A stretch of 39,705 bases of DNA from Promethearchaeota archaeon (lineage in GTDB: Archaea > Asgardarchaeota > Lokiarchaeia > Sigyniarchaeales > SOKP01), in contig JBHLNZ010000029.1 of the NCBI GenBank assembly GCA_048941015.1, positions 1 through 39,705 on the forward strand. The letters run 5' to 3'. Shown here piece after piece: positions 18,163-28,133 of this stretch; position 1 is the first letter of the stretch, and the number at the start of each line of letters is the position of its first letter. Below the pieces are notes generated by a model, which made no database searches, was not told the DNA's origin, and saw only the letters and a list, made by a program, of their open reading frames with translations. The translations under genes and the position numbers were made by a program.

Positions 18163-19419
18163 TTGCGAAAAGTTGCGATAATAGGTGTAGGAATAACACC
18201 ATTTAAAGCACGATATTTAGATAAGACTTATTTTGAGCTAGCATTTGATGCCACTAAATTAGCACTTGAAGATGCGAATAAAAATGGAGCCCAAATCTCC
18301 CATAAAGATCTCCAATCAACGGTATATGGAATTTATAATGAACTTTTTGAAAGACAATTCATGCCTGATATATTTACAAATAGTTACCTGGGAATGAATG
18401 ATAAACCCGGAACAAGAATTGCGAGTGGAGGTGCTACGGGAGGGTATACTGTACGGATGGCATATGCAGAGATAGCTTCAGGATTATCAGACTTATGTCT
18501 TTGTATAGGTTTAGAAAAATGTAATGATTGCTATGATGAACAAACAGGAACAACGACTCCAGAGGTTTTAAACGCTATTGCTTATTCAGCAGATATGACC
18601 TACGAATATCCAATGGGTATGATGGCCGCTAGTTCTTATGTATCGATGGTTAACGCTCATTATGAGGAATTTGGTAATCCAACTGAAGAACAGATGGCAT
18701 ATGTAGGCGTGAAAAATCATGGTAATGCGATGCTTAATCCAAAAGCGCAATCTCCTATGAAAATAACAGTAGAAGATGTTATGAACTCAAGAATCATCTG
18801 TTACCCTTTCAAAATGTTAGATTGTTGCTTATATTCAGAAGCTTCTGCTGCTTTAATATTAGCTCCTGAAGAAAAAGTTAAAGAATTAGGAGTTGAAAAG
18901 CCCATCTGGATAACGGGTGTAGGAGCAGCGAATACCGATTGTTTTATTGGTAATAGAGAGAGCTTAGGAAGGTTATATTCAAACATTAATGCTGCAAAAA
19001 TGGCATATAAAATGGCTGGACTTGATTATAATAAAATTAAGAATCAAATAGACTTAGCAGAGCTACATGATGCTTTTTCAGGACAAGAGGTAATCTCATA
19101 TGAAGAACTTGGATTTGTTCCATTTGGAAAGGGTGGTCCATGGATAGAAAAAAGCTTTGAAAAATCAGGAGAAGGACCATGGTTAGAAGGAGAACTCCCT
19201 TGTTGTCCTTCTGGAGGATTAATAGGATGTGGTCATGCTGTAGGAGCAACAGGAATAATGAGTACTGGAGAAGCTGCCCTCCAATTAAGAGGCGAAGCAG
19301 GAAAGCATCAAGTTCAAATTAGTAAAGGAAGAGCAATCTCACATTCTATTGGAGGTCCAGGAGCGGCTTATGCTGCAATCATAGTAATGTCAAATGAGGA
19401 GGGGTTGAAAAAGCCATGA
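18163..19419 (+). CDS. Thiolase-fold (SCP2-thiolase-like) protein lacking the nucleophilic Cys
   Basis: VAIIGVG, KNHGNAMLNPKAQ, LDCC, ELHDAF, SGGLIGCGHAVGATG; 'GATG' (Gly90) where thiolases have 'CASG'. Confidence 0.88.
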   Translation: MRKVAIIGVGITPFKARYLDKTYFELAFDATKLALEDANKNGAQISHKDLQSTVYGIYNELFERQFMPDIFTNSYLGMNDKPGTRIASGGATGGYTVRMAYAEIASGLSDLCLCIGLEKCNDCYDEQTGTTTPEVLNAIAYSADMTYEYPMGMMAASSYVSMVNAHYEEFGNPTEEQMAYVGVKNHGNAMLNPKAQSPMKITVEDVMNSRIICYPFKMLDCCLYSEASAALILAPEEKVKELGVEKPIWITGVGAANTDCFIGNRESLGRLYSNINAAKMAYKMAGLDYNKIKNQIDLAELHDAFSGQEVISYEELGFVPFGKGGPWIEKSFEKSGEGPWLEGELPCCPSGGLIGCGHAVGATGIMSTGEAALQLRGEAGKHQVQISKGRAISHSIGGPGAAYAAIIVMSNEEGLKKP

Positions 19420-19910
19420 GTGAAGAATTTAAAGAACATCAAATAAGAGATGTAATAAGAATTAATTATAAATATACTATGGGAGGTCAATCCAAATTTT
19501 TTATTGAATTATTGAATAATAAAAAATTGTTTGGCACTAAATGTACAAAATGCGGAAAAACTTGGATGCCACCAAGGATTAATTGCTCTGATTGTTATAC
19601 ACCGACGAATTGGGTAGAAGTTAAACAAACTGGAACTATAGAGGTTAGCACTATTGTATGGTATACAACATCAGCATTTATAAAAGCAATTCCCTATGGA
19701 ATAGGATTTATTAAGCTAGATGGAGCTGAAACAGCATTACTTCAAGGAATCTTTTCAGAAAATTTAGTTCCCTCTAAAATTAAAAAGGGAAAAAGAGTAA
19801 AAACTGTTTTCAATAAACTAAGAGAAGGAAAAATGACAGACTTTTTCTTTGTTCCTGAAGATGAATATGAAAATTGGATTGCGAAACCAGAATTTGAAGG
19901 AGGAGAGTAA
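19416..19910 (+). CDS. DUF35 Zn-ribbon/OB-fold protein (thiolase partner)
   Basis: CTKCG...PPRINCSDC Zn ribbon plus OB-fold; ATGA overlap with the thiolase-fold gene. Confidence 0.88.
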   Translation: MSEEFKEHQIRDVIRINYKYTMGGQSKFFIELLNNKKLFGTKCTKCGKTWMPPRINCSDCYTPTNWVEVKQTGTIEVSTIVWYTTSAFIKAIPYGIGFIKLDGAETALLQGIFSENLVPSKIKKGKRVKTVFNKLREGKMTDFFFVPEDEYENWIAKPEFEGGE

Positions 19911-19912
19911 AA

Positions 19913-20284
19913 ATGGGGCAAGCAAAAGAAAGTCTTATTAAGATAATAGAAAAATTAAACCAGAGCTCTAAAGCTAAAGACGTGTTTGTCACGAATGTTG
20001 CTGGAAAGGACGTTGACTGGGAAATGTCGTTTCAATTCAATCTTGATAATGAAAACCCTTTCTATTTAGAAGTTAGAAATCGAAAAGTAACATTATCGGA
20101 TGGGATAAAACCCGATGCGATTATAGTCATGTCTGGTGATAATAATTCAATAGTAAAAATATGTGATGGGAAAGGGGATTTCACGCATGCAATTTCTCGG
20201 GAAGAAATTTCTGTTGAAAAAGGAAAGGTGATGGATGTAATTCGCCTTACTAGAGCAATAACTATTACTCTCAAAACCAATTAA
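19913..20284 (+). CDS. SCP2 sterol/lipid-binding domain protein
   Basis: FQFNLD..FYLEV..VTLSDG..PDAIIVMS..ICDGKGD..AISREEISVEKG fits the SCP2 pattern; 2 nt after the DUF35 stop. Confidence 0.7.
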   Translation: MGQAKESLIKIIEKLNQSSKAKDVFVTNVAGKDVDWEMSFQFNLDNENPFYLEVRNRKVTLSDGIKPDAIIVMSGDNNSIVKICDGKGDFTHAISREEISVEKGKVMDVIRLTRAITITLKTN

Positions 20285-20424
20285 TTCTCTCTTTTTTATT
20301 TGAACTCAATTCATAGATAGAAATCTTTATATTGTTAGCTAAGAAATATATGAACTATCTATAATTTAACTTAAAATGTAATCCATTAATATAATAAAAT
20401 TAAAAATTATGAAGTGATAATTTA

Positions 20425-21237
20425 ATGAAAAGAGAATTTGCAGTATTAGGTATTATAATCGGAATTGTGGGAGGTTTTTTTGCAGGATGGTTAATTCCCG
20501 CGTTTATAGGCAATATAACAGGCCGTAATCTAGTTCAAAAGATAGAGACTCGCGGATCAATTATTATTGGAACTAGTGCTGATTATCCACCCTTTGAGGA
20601 CTTTAATACAACTACTGATACTTACTTTGGTTTTGATATAGATTTATGTGAATTAATCGCAGCAGAATTAGGTGTTGATATTGAATGGAGAGATATGGAT
20701 TTCGATTCTTTGATTGGTGCTTGTAAGGGAGGTACGATTGATATGATTGCAGCTGCTATGACCTATACTCCTGAACGTGCCCAACAACTAGCTGCTTCTT
20801 TAGCTTACATTAATATAAGTCAAGTTGTTATTGTTAATGCCAGTACGTCACTCTCAATTACACAATTATCGGATCTAACAGCTCTAGGAGCTGGTACAGT
20901 TGGAGTTCAATCAGGGACTACTCTTTATGATGATTTAATAGATGCCGGTTTAACAGACGAAATAACAACATTTGCAAGAGCTGACCTTCTTATGTTAGAC
21001 TTAGCAGTAACGGGAGGAATTACAGCAGCTTATGTAGATGAACCAGTTTATACTGCTTGGTCAGGGATATATAATCTCGATGTTGTATGGACTTCTGGAG
21101 AACCAGAACAATTTTCATTGTGGTGTAGACATAAATCAGCAGATTTGCTATTTATAATAAACCAAGTAATACATAAAGCCTTTCAAGATGGAACTATGAA
21201 TGACCTTTATAATAAATGGTTTGGCGGTATTCCCTAA
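20425..21237 (+). CDS. Polar amino-acid ABC transporter substrate-binding protein
   Basis: GTSADYPPFE, GFDIDL, MDFDSLI, MTYTPER, GVQSGTT; N-terminal TM anchor. Confidence 0.92.
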   Translation: MKREFAVLGIIIGIVGGFFAGWLIPAFIGNITGRNLVQKIETRGSIIIGTSADYPPFEDFNTTTDTYFGFDIDLCELIAAELGVDIEWRDMDFDSLIGACKGGTIDMIAAAMTYTPERAQQLAASLAYINISQVVIVNASTSLSITQLSDLTALGAGTVGVQSGTTLYDDLIDAGLTDEITTFARADLLMLDLAVTGGITAAYVDEPVYTAWSGIYNLDVVWTSGEPEQFSLWCRHKSADLLFIINQVIHKAFQDGTMNDLYNKWFGGIP

Positions 21238-21336
21238 TTCATACAAATTGAAAGAAAAATAATGCAAGTGGGACGATAAATCTGGGGAGCACTCGAGGCA
21301 TTTAATTAAAAGCGAAGGTTTTGAGGATTTAATATA

Positions 21337-22098
21337 ATGAAAAGAAGATATCTAATAATATTAATATTTAGCATAGGAATAATCAGTCTAGGAATTATTT
21401 ACTATTTTTTTTTTCCATTTCTTTTTAATATTTTTATTTATATTCTTTTAAGTGGATTACCTCAGACATTACTCCTCACTGGTTTAGGATTACTTGGTGG
21501 ATTTTTATTAGGTATTACACTAGCAATAATGCGTATTTATGGAAGTAAGGAACTGCAGTGGTTTTCAAGTGGTTACGAGAAGCTATTTCGTGGTGTACCT
21601 GTGTTAGTTTTGATCTATATCTTTGCTTTTGGGATACCAGGAATTTTTTGGTTCGTATCACCTGAGAATAGATCTCTAGCTGCTGTCATCTTGGCGTTAG
21701 CTCTTCGTAGTGGAGCATATCAATCTCAACTTTTTCGAGGAGCTATTTTATCAGTAAATCCAGGACAGATGGAGGCTGCTCGTTCATTAGGAATGAACCA
21801 GTTCCAGGGTTTTCGACATATAGTGATGCCTCAGGCTTTACGATTAGCAATACCTAGCTGGTCCAACGAATATGCCGTAGTTATCAAAGACTCTTCATTT
21901 GCTTCTGGAATAGGAATTATTGAGTTAACAAAATCAGCTTACCGAATATCTGTAGCTTACCGAGAAATCCCGGAACTTTGGACTTTATCAATGGTATTTC
22001 TCACAATTCTTTATTTTCTATTTACATATCCAATAACGAGATTTTTTGGAGAACGACAAGCTAAAAAACTAAAAGATATTGGGATGGGAGGTGGTTAA
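21337..22098 (+). CDS. Polar amino-acid ABC transporter permease
   Basis: [19 protein letters not shown] (EAA loop), PQALR, IKDSS. Confidence 0.92.
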   Translation: MKRRYLIILIFSIGIISLGIIYYFFFPFLFNIFIYILLSGLPQTLLLTGLGLLGGFLLGITLAIMRIYGSKELQWFSSGYEKLFRGVPVLVLIYIFAFGIPGIFWFVSPENRSLAAVILALALRSGAYQSQLFRGAILSVNPGQMEAARSLGMNQFQGFRHIVMPQALRLAIPSWSNEYAVVIKDSSFASGIGIIELTKSAYRISVAYREIPELWTLSMVFLTILYFLFTYPITRFFGERQAKKLKDIGMGGG

Positions 22099-22100
22099 AT

Positions 22101-22886
22101 ATAGGTGAACCTGTAATACGGATAGTTAATATTTGGAAATCATATAATGATTTAAATGTGCTCAAAGGTGTTTCTTTTGAGTTAATGGAAAAGGAAGTTA
22201 AAGTTATATTTGGACCAAGTGGTTCTGGTAAAAGTACTCTGCTTCGCTGCATTAATATGCTAAATCCGCCTGATAAAGGTGAGATATATCTCCGGGGTCA
22301 AAATCTAATGGAATCAAATGTGGATCTAAACAAAATTCGTTCACGGATCGGTATGGTGTTTCAACACTTTAATTTATTTGCTCATCTTAAAGCCGTAGAC
22401 AACGTAAGTATTGGACTTCGCCGTGTAAAAGGCTTATCGAAGGAAGAAGCCCATGAGAAAGCATTAATGGCATTAAAAAGTGTAAAAATGGTTAAATGGG
22501 CAGATCATTACCCAGCACAATTATCTGGAGGACAACAGCAGCGTGTGGGTATTGCACGCGCATTAGCTATGGAACCAGATGTAATTTTATTTGACGAACC
22601 TACTTCTGCTTTGGATCCTGAACTAATTGGTGAAGTTCTACAAGTGATGTTGGATATCGCAAAATCTGGAACCACTATGATTGTGGTCACGCACGAATTG
22701 GGATTTGCTAAAGCAGTTTCATCCGAAATGATATTTCTTGGAGACGGCATTATATTAGAACGTGGAACTCCTGAACATTTCTTTACATCCCCTGAATCCG
22801 AAAGAGTAAAGAAATTTCTTAAACAACTCGAAGTGTTATACGGAAGTCATGAAAGACTTTTGAAAATTGAAAAGAAGGAGGAATAG
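22101..22886 (+). CDS. Polar amino-acid ABC transporter ATPase (GlnQ-like); start probably upstream of the GTG at 22158
   Basis: [26 protein letters not shown]; in-frame upstream [19 protein letters not shown] matches the family N-terminus; exact start uncertain. Confidence 0.88.
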   Translation: MGEPVIRIVNIWKSYNDLNVLKGVSFELMEKEVKVIFGPSGSGKSTLLRCINMLNPPDKGEIYLRGQNLMESNVDLNKIRSRIGMVFQHFNLFAHLKAVDNVSIGLRRVKGLSKEEAHEKALMALKSVKMVKWADHYPAQLSGGQQQRVGIARALAMEPDVILFDEPTSALDPELIGEVLQVMLDIAKSGTTMIVVTHELGFAKAVSSEMIFLGDGIILERGTPEHFFTSPESERVKKFLKQLEVLYGSHERLLKIEKKEE

Positions 22887-22888
22887 AA

Positions 22889-23638
22889 ATGATATTCCAA
22901 TATTTACCGGAACCGATAGAGGACCTTCTAAGTGTATTAGGGTATTGGAATCTAATGCTCTCAGGGTTTATAATGACAATGTGGCTATACGGTATAGCGC
23001 TTTTAATGGGCTTTATTATGGGACTTTTTTTTGCTAATCTTCGTCAGTATGGGGGAATAATTTTATCGAGAATTGCAACTGCTTATATAGAACTAATTCG
23101 TGGAACTCCTTTACTAGCTCAATTATTTCTTTTCTACTTTCTTCCTTATAGTCTAAGCATTCCTATCGGAAATTGGAGCTATGGGATCAGTTTTGTTCTG
23201 TTTGGAAAAGATGTAAATGTTATCCTATTAAACCATCGAGTTTTAGTTGGTCTCACCACTTTAAGTATTAATAGTTCTGCCTATCAGGCTGAATACTTCC
23301 GAGGAGCAATATTATCTGTTGGAACTGGACAACTACAAGCTGCTCAATCATTAGGAATGTCTCGTATATCTGGGATCCGCCATATAATTTTACCACAAGC
23401 GCTACGCCGTGTTATTCCTGCTTGGTCAAATGAAGCAGCATATCTTCCCAAATATACCGTTGTTGTTTATTTCATAGGTGTTATAGAACTCTTCGCGCAA
23501 GCTCATAATATTGTTGCTTACACTTTTGCATCACTCCTTACTTACATTATCGTTGCTATTATATTTCTAGTTCTTATCGCTACCATAACTAAGGGATTGG
23601 ATTATATATATAAACGAACAGCAATTCCAGGTTTATAA
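22889..23638 (+). CDS. Polar amino-acid ABC transporter permease (second)
   Basis: IRGTPLLAQL, AYQAEYFRG, GQLQAAQSLGM, PQALRR. Confidence 0.92.
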   Translation: MIFQYLPEPIEDLLSVLGYWNLMLSGFIMTMWLYGIALLMGFIMGLFFANLRQYGGIILSRIATAYIELIRGTPLLAQLFLFYFLPYSLSIPIGNWSYGISFVLFGKDVNVILLNHRVLVGLTTLSINSSAYQAEYFRGAILSVGTGQLQAAQSLGMSRISGIRHIILPQALRRVIPAWSNEAAYLPKYTVVVYFIGVIELFAQAHNIVAYTFASLLTYIIVAIIFLVLIATITKGLDYIYKRTAIPGL

Positions 23639-23866
23639 CTTATCCCAAAAAGCTAAAAATTAATTTAATAAAATTTTTTTTTTAACTTATTTAGTTATAA
23701 CTCTTAAAAAGTCAAAATCTAAATACTTTTGAAATTAGTTTTAATCTAAATCTCTTCTAGGAAACAAAAATTTTAAAAACTAAGCAAATTTGAAAAATAT
23801 CAACTTTTAAATGTACATAGAACAAAATAACTAATAAAAAAATAAAATTAAAAATGTGTTTTACAA

Positions 23867-25564
23867 ATGAGTAGTGAAAAATTTTGGTTAAAATCATATG
23901 ACAAACATGTTCCACCGACGTTAACTTATCCAAATAAAGACCTTGGAACAATTTTGACAGAAACAATGACAAAATATTCAGATAGGATTGGATTTCATTT
24001 TATGGATCGTTCTTTTCCATTTTCTGAAATTTTAGAATATTCTCAAAAATTTGCTACATTTTTACAAAAAAATGGGCTTCAAAAAGGTGATGTAGTAGCA
24101 ATTTGTCTACCTAATACCCCTCAATTTTTATTTGCAGCTTATGGAACTTATATTGCGGGAGGAACTGTTTCTGGTTGTTCTCCACTCTTAAGTCCTGAAG
24201 AGATGGCTTATCAACTAGGAGATTGTAATGCAAAAGTCGTTGTAACTATGGATATTCTCTATGAAAAAGTCTTTTCCAAATTTTTAGACAGATTGCCAAA
24301 TCTACAAGTGATTGTCCCTACAAATGTTTCTGAATTTATGGGATTTTCTGGATTTAAAGTGTTTATGGGTAAATTGATAAAAAAAATACCAAAAGGTAAG
24401 ATGGATCCATGGCCAGGAAAAACAGTAGTGCCATTTTTAAAGGCGGTAGATTTTGAAATTGATTTAAAAAAAGTTGAAATTAATCCTAAAAATGATTTAG
24501 CACTTATCCAATATACAGGAGGAACCACAGGTCTTCCTAAAGGCACTGAAATTGTTCATTCAAATTTGGTTTCAAATATGCATCAGTTCGACGTTTGGCT
24601 CAATAGAGAGAAGGGAAAAGAAATAACTTTATCAGCATTTCCCTATTTTCATATAGCAGGTTACTTTATAGGATTATTTTTGAATTATATCGGAGGTACT
24701 CAGATAATTATCGCAAATCCGAGAGATACCGATCATATTATAAAGGAACTTATTGATAAAAGACCTTCTAGTTTTGGAAATGTACCAACTCTATTCTTAA
24801 TGGTTCAACAAAATCCAAAGTCAAAAGAAATTCCACCAGAAGTATTAGATAATATTACCTTATATGTTAGTGGAGCAGCACCATTTCCACCTGAAGCTAT
24901 AAGAAATTTTGAAAAACAATTTCATTCAGAAAATAAATTCATTGAGGTATACGGAATGACTGAAACTGCTGTATTAGCTACTGTAAATCCAATGTTTGGA
25001 GAAAAGAAAATAGGATCGGTCGGTCTACCTCTACCAGACACTGATATCAAGCTTATTGATGTAGAAACAAGTGAAGAAGTAGGTATTGGAACACCTGGTG
25101 AAATCTTAATAAAAGGACCTCAAGTTACCAAAAGATATCACAATAAGCCTGAAGCGACAGCAAAAACTTTTGATGAAGATGGATATGTTCACACTGGAGA
25201 TGTTGGTGTTTTTGATGAAGAGGGATATTTAAAGATTGTCGATCGTACAAAAGATATGCTTATAGTTAGTGGCTTCAAAGTGTACAGTGTCCATGTTGAA
25301 GAAGTTATGACTAAACATCCCGATATAGCAATATTAGCTATAATTGGAATACCAAACCCTGATCGTCCTGGAGCTGAAATTGTTAAAGCTGTTATTCAAT
25401 TGAAAGAAGGCGTATCTGCGACTGAAGAAGTAAAGGATAGTATTAAGAAATATGCTGAGGAAAACCTTTCAAAGTATGAGGTTCCGAAGATATGGGAATT
25501 CCGAGAAGAACTGCCTCTAACCACTGTAGGTAAAGTATTAAAAAGAGCATTACGTGAAGAATAA
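23867..25564 (+). CDS. fadD: Long-chain fatty-acid--CoA ligase
   Basis: QYTGGTTGLPKG, YGMTE, HTGDVG, DRTKDML, GKVLKR. Confidence 0.88.
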   Translation: MSSEKFWLKSYDKHVPPTLTYPNKDLGTILTETMTKYSDRIGFHFMDRSFPFSEILEYSQKFATFLQKNGLQKGDVVAICLPNTPQFLFAAYGTYIAGGTVSGCSPLLSPEEMAYQLGDCNAKVVVTMDILYEKVFSKFLDRLPNLQVIVPTNVSEFMGFSGFKVFMGKLIKKIPKGKMDPWPGKTVVPFLKAVDFEIDLKKVEINPKNDLALIQYTGGTTGLPKGTEIVHSNLVSNMHQFDVWLNREKGKEITLSAFPYFHIAGYFIGLFLNYIGGTQIIIANPRDTDHIIKELIDKRPSSFGNVPTLFLMVQQNPKSKEIPPEVLDNITLYVSGAAPFPPEAIRNFEKQFHSENKFIEVYGMTETAVLATVNPMFGEKKIGSVGLPLPDTDIKLIDVETSEEVGIGTPGEILIKGPQVTKRYHNKPEATAKTFDEDGYVHTGDVGVFDEEGYLKIVDRTKDMLIVSGFKVYSVHVEEVMTKHPDIAILAIIGIPNPDRPGAEIVKAVIQLKEGVSATEEVKDSIKKYAEENLSKYEVPKIWEFREELPLTTVGKVLKRALREE

Positions 25565-25681
25565 TCTATAATCTAATTCTAAACCTTAATTAAGTTAATT
25601 TTTTTTATTTAAAACTAATTTAAAAATATATAAAAATCCAAATGTATTTCTTTTTCTAAATATCTTGTTTTATACTTAAAA

Positions 25682-26497
25682 ATGAATATTGAAGACTTTG
25701 AAGATATAATCTACGAAAAGGAAAAAAATGGAATATGTGTTGCTACTATTTCTAAACCCGAGAGAAGAAATGCAGTTACTTATATTTCGTTTTTGGAACT
25801 TTATAAAGTGCTAGAAGACATGGAAAAGGACAGAAATTCTAAAGTTTTAATAATTACAGGTGATCCAAAAGGGAATGCATTTACTTCTGGAGGTTATTTC
25901 ACTCCAGAAATGTTTAAAAAGTTGAAGCAGTACCCAGAAATAGACCTTATGGATATTGCACAGAAAAAATTGACTCTTAAACTTTTAAAATTCACTAAAC
26001 CTGTTATTGCTGCAATAAATGGTATGGCTATTGGAGGAGGTGTCACTATGCCTTTAGTCGGAGCAGATCTAATCTTTATGGCAGAAGATGCTTGGTTAGG
26101 TTTCTATTTTTCAAAAAGGGCAATCCTCCCGGAGTTTGGCTCAACTTTCATTCTACCATTATTAGTTGGATTTCAGAAAGCAAAGGAGATTTGCTATTTC
26201 GGAGAAAAAATTTCTGCTCAGAAAGCATTAAAACTCGGTTTAATCAATAAGGTATTATCTGAAGAAGATCTAATGCCTTATACGCGTGAGCAAGCATTAA
26301 GATTAATACCTCCCAAGGGACCAAGTTTGTCTATAAAACTAATGAAAAAAACTATGCATGATTATTTTATTGATATGTTAGAAAGGACTTTAGATCTTGA
26401 AAATAGAGGATTGAGAAAAGCATTTGCTTCTAAAGATTTTGCCGAATCGATGAATGCTCTAAAAGAAAAAAGAGAGCCTATTTTTAAAGGCCGTTAA
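25682..26497 (+). CDS. Crotonase-family protein, isomerase-type
   Basis: KPVIAAINGMAIGGG; lacks both hydratase Glu; acidic residue in LPEFG. Confidence 0.85.
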   Translation: MNIEDFEDIIYEKEKNGICVATISKPERRNAVTYISFLELYKVLEDMEKDRNSKVLIITGDPKGNAFTSGGYFTPEMFKKLKQYPEIDLMDIAQKKLTLKLLKFTKPVIAAINGMAIGGGVTMPLVGADLIFMAEDAWLGFYFSKRAILPEFGSTFILPLLVGFQKAKEICYFGEKISAQKALKLGLINKVLSEEDLMPYTREQALRLIPPKGPSLSIKLMKKTMHDYFIDMLERTLDLENRGLRKAFASKDFAESMNALKEKREPIFKGR

Positions 26498-26576
26498 TTA
26501 AACTTATACACTCGGTTTTAAATTTAATTTTTTGTTAAACTATATCTTTAAAAGTTATCTGGTTGAATTATTTCTT

Positions 26577-28130
26577 ATGATTAAAAGTAATATTGATGAA
26601 AGTAGAATAATTTCGACCTATCCTGTAATAGTAATTGGCGCTGGTCTTGGAGGCCTTGGTGCTGCGTGTCAACTAATACTTAGAAATGAAAAAGTATTAC
26701 TACTTGAAAAGCATAACGTGCCTGGTGGATTTGCTACCTCATTCGTTAGAGGTCGTTTTGAATTCGAAGGTGCACTTCATGAATTGAGTGATTTTGGATC
26801 AGAAAAAAATCAAGGAAATCTTTATCGATTTTTCGAAAGACTTGGAGTCATTCCTGATAAATTACAATTCAAGCAGATTCATGAGATGTACCGAAGTGTT
26901 TATCTTGATGGCTTTGATATAACTGTACCCTTTGGTTTAGAAAAATATACAGAAAAGTTACTTGAATTTTTCCCTCATGAAAAAGAAGGAATTCACAAGT
27001 TTATAGACATGTGCGAGAAAGTGCAAGCAGGAATAGAGTTTATTGCCTCTAAGGGAGGAAGGTATAATCCCGCTGAAGTTCTTCAAAATCATCCTTGGTT
27101 ACCAAGAATTTCTGGTTTAACATTGTTAGAATTACTTAAACGGTTTTTTAAAGATGAAAAATTAATCTCTGTTGTTTCTCAGCTCTGGGGCTATGCTGGT
27201 TTACCTCCAAAGAGATTAAATGCATATATCTATGTAGCAATGCTTATGTCCTTTCTGAAACATGGAGCAGTTTATCCTGTTGGAAGATCTCATGCTCTAA
27301 GTAATGCTATGGTACAAAGATTTCTAGACTTAGGGGGTGATGTAAAATTTAATGCTACTGTTAATAGGATTTTAACAGAAAACGGAAAAGTATGGGGTGT
27401 TGAGCTTCTAAATGGTGAAATTTACCGATGTGAAGCTGTTATATCTAATGTAAATCCTATTTGTACAACAATGAAAATGCTCCCAAGTGAAATAGTTCCT
27501 GAGAGTTATAAAAAGTCTATTTATGCCCCAGAGATCGGTCCCTCAGCATTTTCCGTTTATTTAGGATTAAACACCACTATGGATGAGTTAGGTTTAGCAG
27601 CTCATGAGACTTTTATTAATGAAACTTGGGATATGAATAAAGCTTTTGAAAATTTTACAAAATTAGAACCACCCAAATACATTGTTGCTGCTTGTTATAA
27701 TAGAGTAGTTGACGAGATTTCTCCTCCTGGAACGACTGAAGTTGTGCTTACAACCCTCCAGATGGGTAAAATTTGGCAAAGTGTTTCCCCAGACCAATAT
27801 TTCAAAATTAAGGATTACATTGCTGGAAAAATGGTTGATATGGTAGAAAAAACGCTGTGTTCTAATATAAAAGATTACATTGAAGTTGCTGAAGCTGCGA
27901 CACCACTCACATATTACAGATATTCAAAAAATATTGAAGGTGCTATCTATGGGTATAGCCAAGATATATTAAATATGCCATTACTTCGTCTTAATAGTCG
28001 AGGCCCAATCCAAGGAGTATATTTAGTAGGTGCATGGACTAATTTTGGTGGAGGTTTCTCAACTGCTATTTTGAGTGGAAGAATAGGCGCAGGGTTATAT
28101 TTAAGAGATAAAGCAAAAGGGAGGATTTAA
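26577..28130 (+). CDS. Phytoene desaturase/retinol saturase (CrtI/RetSat)-like FAD-dependent oxidoreductase
   Basis: VIGAGLGGL, LEKHNVPGGFATSF, ATPLTYYRY..GAIYG, YLVGAW..GGG; ATG 26577 preferred over TTG 26532. Confidence 0.85.
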   Translation: MIKSNIDESRIISTYPVIVIGAGLGGLGAACQLILRNEKVLLLEKHNVPGGFATSFVRGRFEFEGALHELSDFGSEKNQGNLYRFFERLGVIPDKLQFKQIHEMYRSVYLDGFDITVPFGLEKYTEKLLEFFPHEKEGIHKFIDMCEKVQAGIEFIASKGGRYNPAEVLQNHPWLPRISGLTLLELLKRFFKDEKLISVVSQLWGYAGLPPKRLNAYIYVAMLMSFLKHGAVYPVGRSHALSNAMVQRFLDLGGDVKFNATVNRILTENGKVWGVELLNGEIYRCEAVISNVNPICTTMKMLPSEIVPESYKKSIYAPEIGPSAFSVYLGLNTTMDELGLAAHETFINETWDMNKAFENFTKLEPPKYIVAACYNRVVDEISPPGTTEVVLTTLQMGKIWQSVSPDQYFKIKDYIAGKMVDMVEKTLCSNIKDYIEVAEAATPLTYYRYSKNIEGAIYGYSQDILNMPLLRLNSRGPIQGVYLVGAWTNFGGGFSTAILSGRIGAGLYLRDKAKGRI

Positions 28131-28133
28131 ATA

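Noticed and set aside
26577-28130. Carotenoid biosynthesis interpretation of the CrtI-like gene
   Set aside because: No phytoene synthase, cyclase or prenyltransferase nearby; the context is acyl-CoA metabolism.
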